A stretch of DNA of 64,000 bases from Geosiphon pyriformis uo1. Taxonomy: Eukaryota > Fungi > Glomeromycota. Both the position numbers and the translations under genes were made by a program. This document shows positions 53,349 to 64,000 of the stretch, piece by piece (position 1 is the first letter of the stretch; every line of letters starts with the position of its first letter). The notes beneath the pieces were generated by a model that searched no databases, was not told where the DNA came from, and saw only the letters and a list, made by a program, of their open reading frames with translations. The stretch lies in assembly GCA_016748015.1 (NCBI GenBank), contig JAAOMT010000678.1, positions 662,389 to 726,388 of the forward strand, in the 5' to 3' direction.

Positions 53349-53939
53349 TATTATATTGTTAATTAATGTAAAATTTTCAAAATTTGAAAACAAACTTATT
53401 TTGTAATTCTTTTAATTAGTTTTAAAATCAAAAATTGATAATAATAAATTATTATTTTTTGATTGAGCTAAATTATTATTGATTTAATTCAATAAATTTT
53501 TTTTTTTGAATTGAATACAATAATTTATATTTTTAATATTACATAATTTACACATATTTTTATATAAAATTTGTAATATTTTTACAAACAAAAAAATATA
53601 ATTCCTATAAAAATATTTATTAACTAGATTTTTATCAAAATAATTTGATTTTCATTTTACTCAAAACATTACTCATATTTCAAAGATACAAAAAAGACTT
53701 TTTTTGATGATGGAAAACAAATAAAAATGATAAATGCCAATCACTATCACCTGACTCTGCTGAATCTTAAATTTATTTTAACTCTGATGTAATCCTTAAA
53801 AAAAAATGTGATCCGTAATTTTATTTGACGATCTTTGGAAAGAGCTATAACATTAGACAAGCACTGTTGTATTGTTTTTGATAACGCTTTGAGCTATATT
53901 AATTGAGGTTAAAGAATGCCAGCTTGAAATAACTCAAAA

Positions 53940-54845
53940 GGCAGGGGTAGAATTATGAATAGGTATGAAATCAATATATGGCTTTTTTTTAAAAAGTGTT
54001 ATCTTAAGACAAATTTGGATGGTTAAAATTCTGAATGAATATTTAAAGTTTGATTATTTCTATATTCTTTAACTCGGTAAGAGATTGCAAAAAAATTTTT
54101 AGGATTAAAACTCATTTTCCAAAATGTCACCAGACTCAAAAATCTTGGGGATTCCTTGACATCCAAGTTTGGGTGCAATATTGTTGAAATTAGTCATACG
54201 ATAAATTTTCACAAATTTGTTTCCACAAATTTTTGGCAATCTAAACGTATATACCATACGTTCATGATGAATTTATTTACACCAAAATAATGCGGCAAAA
54301 AGAGTATAAACTAAATTTATAGAAAACTTGGATTAAAACACATCATCACCACCTAAACTTAAGTCTTTTCGTTGAAAAGTTACCATTAATGAGCAAAGAT
54401 TTGAGTACAACAGTCATCATTTTGTAATGATTATAAAAAGTAACGTTGACTTTTGCATCTGGAAAAAGTGGGAAAGGTTATGGGAAAATCTTTCAATGTA
54501 TCTCTGTTAGTTCATTTCCTCAAATATAAACGATTAGAATCATTTTATTTTTCTCATTTGAAACAATTTCCACCTTGCTTGTCAAAGATATTGCTCTTAT
54601 TAAAAAACAATAAATTTATTGCAGAATAGTAAAACAAAAGTGTCTTAATTTACCATATACCTTCTCACGTTTAACAAGTTAACCAGTATTTTGGATCGTC
54701 ACCTTGTGGCTAACCCGTTTTACAATACAAAGGCTAAATTAAGTTTATCCGAGGTGAAGCTACCACCGAAATTGGTAAAAAGGTTAAAAAAAAAAACAAT
54801 CAAAAGGTTGATATTTTTTTAAAAATGATACATTTGTTACTTCAT
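53940..54845 (-). pseudogene. L8: heavily decayed class-3 lipase pseudogene, paralog of L9
   Basis: Fragments VYG|GT, RGNELTE, FPLFPDAKVN, SLGG, VYTLFAALFW, VYTFRLPK, KIYRMTNFNNIAPKL, CQGIPKIFESGDILENE (compare L9 CNGIVKDFNAGDILENQ), with stops and deletions. Ends approximate. Confidence 0.8.
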
Positions 54846-56721
54846 GATTATTAAAAAAATTCAAAAACTCAAAGAATGTGACATATTTGTGAAAACTTTG
54901 AAGGGTGAAAAAGAAAGGAAGGCCTCGTTCGGATAATTCGTGATATACTTTGGGTTCAAGGGTCTGTATTACTTCGTCTCAATCACAAACCACTTTTAAT
55001 TTTTTGGGAGTATTTTTGAAATGATTATAAAGACAAAAGTTTTTGCGGAAATTTTTAGATACGTTTGGATCAAAACAGGCAAATTAGAAGGGGTTCAAAA
55101 GTTAAACCAAATTCTCGACAGTTTGGTTAGATCGGAAGATTATCTGTGGGATTAGCAAATTATTTTTGCTTCCCAACACGAAAAAATGTCATATGACTCG
55201 TGATCTCATTTAGAGTAATTGTGGGAAATGTTTGCTATTTCCCCAGTTTAGGAAATCTAGTTGAAAGAAAAAATACTGCACGGGTAATTCATCAAAAAAA
55301 AAGGGAAATGATAAGCAATTTAAAATCAAGCGAAAGTAGCATGCTTAGTTACCATTTATTGAGCAATAGATGGTTCTAGAAAAATTTTTCTCGATTTGAA
55401 AATTAGTTTTAATTTTTTAAAATAATAATGATTTACACCATATATATTGATATAAAAATAAAAACATTCGGAATACAGTTGTCTTTGTTTTTAATAGTCT
55501 GAAAATTATGATGAAAGTTTTTAGAGATTTTCAAAAAATAAAATTGTCATAACATTAAATTTTTTTTCAAACTTCTCCATGCCACCTCCAATTTTAAGAT
55601 ATTTTTTCATCATATTCCAAGCTCAAATATTTGCATCGTAAATGTATTGATAACTTCAAAAATATATATTAAATTATTATATAAAGACGGTTCATATAAG
55701 AAGAATTTGATATAATAGGTCATTAAACCATTTTTTATTCACACTGCTTTTCTTGAATTTAGAATAACATTTCATTTTTGTTAACTCACTTATTTTATTA
55801 TAAAAAATAAAATTCTCATGCACAAGAGCTTGAAAATAGTACTATTATTTCATTATTAAGACAATAAAATAAAATAAAATAAACCTTGACCTTGACCTTG
55901 AACTTGACCAAATCTCAAATAACCAAAAAAAATCTTTTTTTCTGTAAAAGTAATTATATCTAATACCCAATATTTAAAAATAAATTAATATTGAAATTGG
56001 ACTTGGACTTGGACTTGTAATTATACATGAAAATAAATTTTTTATAAAAAATAATCAAAATTTAAAATTCTAGCAATTGTTTTAAAATCTTTTTCCAAAA
56101 TATATACTCATAAATCTATTAATCCCCGATACTTTTTCACATAAAAGTATATTGTAACTTATAATTTACTAGAACGAACTCATAAAAGCAATTTAAAATT
56201 GATAAAAACAAAAACTATTTTAGTTAATAAAGAGCAAAAATAAAATCAGTCAGCCCAAGAATCACAAGATTGTTTTTTAAAAAAAAAAACAGCAACAAAA
56301 TAAAACATCATGTCAATATTTTTATAAGCTTACAAAAAAATAGCTCTCAACACCTTATGTTTCTGTCTTTTACGTACCCGATATGATTGACGACTAAACT
56401 TCAAATGAAAATTTACAACTATTTTGCCGAAAGCGTGTCAACAAATAAAAAAAAATTATAATAAAACGGATTATTTATCAAGTTTTCAAAGTGGAAGATA
56501 TCGTTGAGCGGCCAATCTCGAAAAATGAAAATTTTTTTTTAGCAAATCTTTTTTTAGTTTTAATTAATATTTATTAAATTTCAAGCCTAATGGTATAATC
56601 TACAGATTATATAATATTTAATGATTCTTATACCAAGTAGCTAAATTATATAAAGGGGATTTACATATTAAAAACATTCTATTTACAAATATTGTTAGAT
56701 AATGTCCTATTTTCAATATTA

Positions 56722-58122
56722 TTATATGGGAGCAGGTCCCATTTTATATCCGAAATAAGGGCCATAATGGGCCTCACGTGAAAGAGATTGAACTTGATTG
56801 ATGCATTCCTGAATTTCAATAAAAAATTTAATTCAATTTAATTTAAAATGTTTTTTTTTGGAAATTTAAAAAAATGATTCGATTGAAATATTTACCTGAT
56901 TTTCTAAAATGTCACCAGCGTTAAAGTCTTTTACTATTCCATTACATTCAAAGACACCTGACGACTCGTCACAGTCACAATTTTTTTCATTGATCCAAAT
57001 TTCTAATTCAGGATGTCTCATTTGAGAATCTTTATGAAGTGTTGGTATAACGTCATTCGCGTAAGCGACACGATAAACCTTGAGATATGATTTTTCTGCT
57101 TTATTTATTAAACCGGCTAATACAGTATCACCGAATCTCGGCATTCCAAATGTGTATACGACAAATTGATAAGTTGGGAATTCATGGTGCCAAGTTAATG
57201 CCGCCAAAATCGAATAAACTGAAATTTCAAAAAATATGACAGAAATTTTTAGTTTATTATTAAAGATATAAAAGTTTCTAACTCGTTTATTAGAAAATGA
57301 ATTAAATTGTCTTTCTGTTACATACCACCTCCTGCCCCATGACCCGCAAAATTTATTGTGGGATTCTCAACATTTTGAAAGTGTTTCTTAGCATCTTGTA
57401 TCTTTTCTTTAAGTTGAGAGACAACCAATGAAAATTGATTCCATAAAATTGTATCAACTTTTGCCTCGGGAAAGTTTGGATGTGGATTAAGGTGTATTTC
57501 TCGATTGAACCAACGTTTTTCTGTAAGTGTAGGCCCTCGTATGTAGACCATCATTTCCATCTCATTTCTAGGGCTTTGTACAACTTCTACTTGACCTTTT
57601 AGAAAAAAATTGTTAAAGAAGAGAATGTTTAGTTCACATTATCAAAAAAATTAAAAATTAAAAAAATTTTGAATATAGAAAAAGAGGAATAGGCTTTTAT
57701 CAATTACCATAAACATCTCGAGAGAGTTTTTTTGTTTTTCCTGAATAAGCTAAATTGGCATACAAAGCTGCCCATTGTAGTCTATCCAACAAAAGACTTT
57801 TTGATAAAATAAGTTCAATTTTTTTTCCAGAATGAGGTACACTTATAAAGTCTGGAGGTGTGGCTTCTATCGATTGTTCCTCGAGTAATTCAACATTCTC
57901 TCGCTTAAAAACGAATCCCGACGAAGGATTTTTGATATTTAACCAATTTAAATTTGTCCGTGTTTTTACAATTTCAGGCAAAGTATAAGCAGCTGAAGAT
58001 ATCGATTGTAATATGGAGCTATAAAGTAAAAAGACGATAAAAAGAGTCGTGTGTTTTAAAATGAAACCATGAATTCTTTTATTAAATTTAGCAAAACTCG
58101 GAGATTTTAAAGAGTGAATCAT
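56722..58122 (-). CDS. L9: class-3 lipase-like protein, nucleophile Ser>Gly (GHGAG), about 364 aa
   Basis: Exons 58122-57708, 57595-57326, 57218-56896, 56808-56722. Motifs FGMPRFG, NDVIPTL, CDC, AHYGPYFG. Confidence 0.9.
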
Positions 58123-60473
58123 TGTGAAAATTTTCAAAAAATATAAATCAAAGGTTGGTTAGCTAATTTTTAATCAAGGTTCAATAAATTTTTAATCAAA
58201 GTTCGCTGAGTTTAAAGTGAAAGTGTCCTTTAAAGAGTCAGTCAGTCAGTCAGTAAGTCAGAAAGATTTGATGTAATATATAGTTTTCGGTAGGAATGAA
58301 CTTTTATTAGTTCGTGATCTAAAGGGTGCATCTTTTATACTAATTTTCAAAAGTTTATCAACGCCACCTCAGTTGAAGATCTTTTTTGAGGAAGAAAAGA
58401 TAATCTCAACGATTGCAAAATTATTTAGGTATTCATTTTAGGAAATTAACAAGACAAATATTCAAGATCGATCTAATTTCCCCACAGTTAGGCATTTTGT
58501 AAATGAAACAAAGGGATCGATGAACTGAATACTTTTTAAGGCTCGTGAGATCATTTGGGAAGTGTGGGAAATCAAAGACCCTAATACCTCATTGTGTGTA
58601 AGCATTAATATTCGACGGAAAATTAGAAATGTGCATATGATGCTTGTTGAGCGGAAGTTCTAAAAAATATTACAATTTAAAGTTTGGGGGGAGGGGGGGT
58701 GGAGCGAGGTAAATCTTTCTAAAAAATGGAAGAAATATACGATTAATTCGGCAATAAATTTGGTAAAAATTTGTGAGAATACAAAATTTGATCATCGGGT
58801 GTAACTCCGTGATTTTTAATTCCGAAGTTACTGAAATAGGAAATTTTTTTTCCTTTTATATTAAAAAATAGTTCTGTTAACCGTGATTTGTTGCGAAAAT
58901 ATTTTTCCGAATTGATTCTTGCTTCTTTTGGGTAAAAAAAAAAAAAAAAAGAAAAAGAAATTTGTTATGAAATTGTTCACGTTATCAAAATCTTTTACCT
59001 TTTGTAAAATTTTCGAAAGAAAATCACACGTCAGAAACTTTTTCCAAAAAAACAACTAACCAATAATCTACATGGCAAGCCTAATTTCCCAAATTGATAA
59101 TGTTTGTGCTTTAAAGGGTAACCAGTGAAATTTTTTTTTAATGATTTATTTGTTTCTTGCTGACTCTTCCTTATTCTTTTTTTTCCGTATTGTAAAGTCC
59201 CAATATCACTATGTCATATGTTTTTAGCACATGAACATTGTTTTGTTCAGAAATTAGCCTGTCGACTTGAAACTTCGGAGTTTTATACTTAGAAACACCC
59301 AAATTCTATCCACCAAATATTTATCAAAAGATGGTAATAACCACAAAGGGCAAAAAATCTCCAAAAAATTTCAGATCAAAGAATGGGCTTTGTGAGAATC
59401 ATGTCCGCTTTTTGTAAAATTAGGCCACAAATACCCAAACATTATTATGCACAATAATTCATTTCTCCTTTGAAATTCGTGTTCATCAAAAAAATTTCCC
59501 CCAATTTTTGGCAATATGTTATATTTTCTTGGATTTTTTTTTTTTCAAGGATGAAACTTTACGATTTGTTTTTCTAGCAATTGGTGAAAGAAAGAATTCC
59601 TATATTTTTACTTTAAAAAGCTTGTGATCATAACCTAAATAATTAGAATGTGTAATTGAGATTAGAAAAATCACATTTGTAAACTGTTTCTCTTTACTAT
59701 AATTGGGATTTAAATAAATTTAAAAAAGTCTCGATGCTCATTTTAAATTTTCTATTAGGCGCTCGCGCGTCGTTCATGTGTGGGAATTTCATCTAAACTC
59801 TAATTATGTTAGCCGATCTTCAAGTTAGTCATGTAAAATGATCAGGAATCAAAAAAAGGATAAACACTCTAAAAATATTGTTTATATTTTGCTACTACTC
59901 CATTGCGATCTGAAATGTCATATACCGGGAATAGATTTTAATATTCTATTAGATGAAATCTAAAACCTTTCAAATCATACATCATCTGTATAAATTTTAT
60001 TATGTTTTTTTTGTTTTTGTTTTTTTTCCAAAGATCATATTTAATTTTTGATAAAATTTTCCCAAATTGTTTTTTTTTATAATAAATGAGAAAAAAACAA
60101 ATAAGATAACTTGAATCATATACAATATAAAATATTTTATTGGACAGAGAGATCAAAAAAGTGATCGTAACGGAGTATCAATTTATTACGATTTATATTA
60201 TAAATTTATGTTTTATTAAGGTATCACAAAAATATTTTGAGGAAATTTATAGCATGACATGTATTTGACAGATATGAATTTTTTTTTTGATCTGGGAAAA
60301 GCCTGTTCAAAAATTCTCAGCAACCGACTAAATTTTTAACCGGTATTTTTACATGAAAATCAAAAACGGCTCAATACATTTTTTTTTCTCTCAAATAAAC
60401 CAGAGCCATTTCCATAAAAAAAAATTTTTTTTATTTGAAAACATCATTACAATTGACAGTAATAATATTTTGT

Positions 60474-60508
60474 TAATAATAATAATAATAAAAATAATAA
60501 TAATAATA

Positions 60509-60559
<51 letters not shown>

Positions 60560-60741
60560 GTAATTTTTGAAGATAGATTTGAATGCTAAAAAAATTTTAA
60601 AATTGTTTCGACCAGTTTAACCAATGTAGATTTAAACATTGAAATTAGGAACATATAAAAAACTTGAAAGGCAATAAAAACAACAACAATAATTATAATA
60701 ATAAAGGTTGAACTATACTCAATAAAGCATTTTATAAAATA

Positions 60742-60780
<39 letters not shown>
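60474..60780 (+). repeat. (AAT)n microsatellites
   Basis: Runs at about 60474-60560 and 60745-60780. Confidence 0.9.
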
Positions 60781-61365
60781 TGTAGTAATGATTTTAAAAA
60801 AGTCTAGATCTGAAAATTTTGTTTCAAAAAATCTACAAGATTATAGACTCAATTTATTTTTCTCAAATTTTGAAAACAGCCAAAAAAAAAAAATTTCTTT
60901 TTTCGATAGTAAATCTGAAGATTCAAAAAAAAAATTTGGAATTTTCCGCATCTTTTGCTTCATTCTTTGATTATTTAAATTTGCTTTTTTTTTAAAAAAA
61001 TAAAATAACAACGAGTGCTCCTCTTTTAATTTAACTTTAATTTAAATTATTATAAAGTGTTGAAAACTTCAAAAACTTTATACACTTGTTTGCTGAAATA
61101 TTTCAAAATCAATTAAAATAAATTATTAAAAAGTCAAAATAATAGTTTCGCATTTGAATCCATCAAAAGTTTCTTTTAAAATTTTTTTTAAAGATCCCTG
61201 CTATATTAAAAAATTATAGGTCAAGACTTCCACTCTTTTTAGGCTTTCTATCTTTTTAATTTGTATTTTTGGCTTTTTATCTCCTTAATTTGTATTCTTT
61301 TCTTAATATATTTGTAAAACTTACAACTATGATATTTTTCAATGGTAAAAATCTAACGCTCAAAA

Positions 61366-62721
61366 TTATAGAGGAGCTAGGGGCAAAGGATTTGGACACT
61401 CTCCCATTACATAATTGAAATATGGTCCTTTATGTGAGAAATCACCCAAGTAGGTATATTTATTGTTACATTGCTATGTAATAATACCAAATAAATATAA
61501 TTTTAATACGGCATATTGAATTGAATGTGAAAAAAAAACGCTAATTCATCAAAGAAATTTATTTACCTGGCTTTCTATCAGAAGGCCTCTTTCAATCGGT
61601 CCTAAACACAAGTATACTTCTTCAGCATTTTCGCATTCACAATTGATAAATATCCAATGCTCACATCCAGAATGAATGAAAGGCATTTCGGTTCCACGCA
61701 AGGGTAATCGGGGGACGTAATCATCCGTGTGTGTTACACGAAGAACATACAAATTCGGGATTCTATTGATTGTGGTGGCCAAATTTCTATCACCAATTCG
61801 AGGCGCCCCATATGTGTAAACAAAAAAGGGTGTCGGTATCAACTCTCGTGCCCATTCAGCCGCCGATAATACTGCATAAGCTTTCCGAATTCGAAGTGGG
61901 AATCGTTGACATGCGTGTTGAACCAAAGAAAATCAAAATAAAGTTAAAAGAGCGATGTTCTAAAGTGGAACTCTTACTAACCTCCAGCAATGCTATGTCC
62001 CACAAACGTTGCTCTTTTGATAAGATTTGGCGCTTTTAAAGGTGCTATTTTATCTATAATTTTAAGCTGAATAGCTTCTTCAACCGCTTTGAATTGATTA
62101 TAGAATATTTTATCTATCTTAGAATTCGGGAATTTGGGGTGATCTATTAGTTCGAATTCTCTGTCCAACCATTCAGCTCTTGTGAGGTCATTGGCTCTAA
62201 AATACACAACTAGGTCAACCTTTTGATCCGGAAAAATTTGGATCAAGACCGAGACTAAATAATTTGTATTTTCCATCATTAAGATTGAAGGCTAATCGAT
62301 ATCAAAAACCATAAAATCTATAACAATAATTACCCATGATTCCAAACCCGACCCCATCCGTACTTTCCTCCAAACAATATGCTATGTGAGCATAATATGC
62401 AAACTTTTTTAATAAATAAAGCGTCTCATCATCATCTTCGACTGTTATGAGATATTTTCGGTCTCCATCCGGAAGCGAAGCTTTTTTCGAAAAGTATGTG
62501 CTTGAATTAGCAATGAAACTTGTTGGGAAAACAACCTCAGAAACTTTATCATGTCTAAATTGATGATAAGATGTATTTTTCCAAATTGCTCTCATGAAAT
62601 GAATAATGATAAAAAATATTAAAAATGAAGCAATTGTCATCAAAGAGAGAGTGCCTTTTTGTTTTTGATGGCTTCGCCTGAATAAAGTTTTCAGGGCGTA
62701 TATTTTAATCCAATAGTTCAT
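61366..62721 (-). CDS. L10: class-3 lipase-like protein (GHSIAG), about 360 aa
   Basis: Exons 62721-62334, 62254-61982, 61880-61567, 61473-61366. TM segment IASFLIFFIIIHF; motifs YGAPRIG, TDDYVPRLP, CEC, SHKGPYF. Confidence 0.92.
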
Positions 62722-63384
62722 TATGTTTGATTGGAGAGAGCATGGGCTAGTTTCGAGTTTTGGTTATCACGTTGTGATTTTATATCACGAAAAATTTCGA
62801 AACAAGGACGATATTTATAACAACTTATTCCCCAATATCGTCGGCTCAATTTAACCACCGAAAATTATATGATTTTCCTCGTGCAACCCATCTTTACGGT
62901 GCATTAAATGAATTAATTACATGTACAAGATCCACTCAAAAGGCAGCGAGTACCATTGTTAAAAGAAAGTCCTTTAATTAGAGATTCGTAAATAATTCCT
63001 TTAAAAATGAAGACCCATTCAAATATAATAGATTTTGGAACAAAGAAATAAAATCTCTAGTAAGTAAAGACTAATTGTTTACATATGCTCATTCATTCTC
63101 GGATTGGCGACTTTATATTTTGTTACCCATATACATAAGTTACATAAAGTATCATTTAACAGTTAATTAAATTCAAAGGAAGAAAGTTTTATAAAAAATT
63201 GTATTTTAGTCAATGAGTCAATTTTTTACCACAACAATTCTTGAATGATGTTATACCTTTAATAAATATTTTCAACCTTTCATTTAGCAGCAATCGACAA
63301 ATCATTTGCAAAATTTGTCGCGTTACCGGGCTCTGATGTCGTGCAAGCGTCTATTTATTCCTACGGCCCACTTTTTCACCTATC

Positions 63385-64000
63385 TGATGCACCTGACTCC
63401 GTAAATTGAATAGCAAAGTGTCAAAGTACTTTTAGCGCAAGGGTTACTACAATACAACTGAAATCGCCAAACTAATTGATGTTCCCTTTGCTCCTGTCAA
63501 TAATATATTGCCCTCCATAAAAATACCAGATTTCAGAGATTCATCATACTGACTGTCCACGCAAGCCTACCCCTTGCAAACGTCACCAGATCGGTAAACT
63601 CTTACACGGAAATCATTTCATTACGACAGCCGATCTCAAAGCACGACTCGAAGAAACGCATGCAGGCCTCAAAATAGGCGAACTGACTCCCCAGAATGAG
63701 CTTTCAAGTCTTGGATATATTGCCATCTGCCCAAGCGTTTCTCTCCTCAACGAAAGCTTCAAGGAGAACCACTTTTAATAGGCGCGTGAGCATTGCCATT
63801 ACAAGTTTTGTAAGCTCATATTCTCCGACGAGAAGAGTTTATAGATGTTCCGAAACATCTGTCTCATGATAGAAAACTTATAGCACTAATAGTAAAGCAC
63901 CCCTTTAAGCTGCATGTTTGGGTGTCGATCAATTAATGCGGCAAGATTGGTTTTTACGTATTCACGGTGAGTTTGAACCGTCATATATATTGTGATATGC
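63385..64000 (+). pseudogene. Frameshifted Tc1-like transposase relic (runs off window end)
   Basis: QG..TEIAKLIDVP, PRKPTPCKRHQIGKLLHGNHFITTADLKARLEETH (homologous to RRQIGKIVNRNHFTTAIEIKAQLAKTY at 53 kb), IFSDEKS, VKHPFKLHVW; stops and frameshifts. Confidence 0.85.

Noticed and set aside
60353-60589. 78-aa poly-Ile ORF
   Set aside because: Translation of an (AAT)n microsatellite.

Overview
AT-rich, intron-containing eukaryotic DNA, most likely from a Glomeromycotina/Mucoromycota fungus. This is inferred from the gene families present: a MATA-HMG gene, a signal-peptide kelch membrane protein and expanded class-3 lipases. The window is dominated by a dispersed array of ten class-3 (Lipase_3) lipase-like loci, L1-L10 by position. 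Eight have intact spliced models that share three intron positions and two are pseudogenes. Three intact copies have the catalytic Ser replaced by Gly. Other genes are a 7-exon kelch-propeller single-pass membrane protein, a 2-exon protein ending in a POU-specific/lambda-repressor-like HTH, a MATA-type HMG-box factor, and a U1 snRNA gene with a non-canonical 5' splice-site-pairing end. Mobile DNA comprises two separate relics of Fanzor (eukaryotic TnpB-like RNA-guided nuclease), three Tc1/mariner elements of different ages, a Ty3/Gypsy integrase relic and long blocks of C-to-T/G-to-A hypermutated repeat. One Fanzor relic contains an intron and is followed by a candidate omegaRNA and a CACTA end. 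All models were built by eye; no searches were run.
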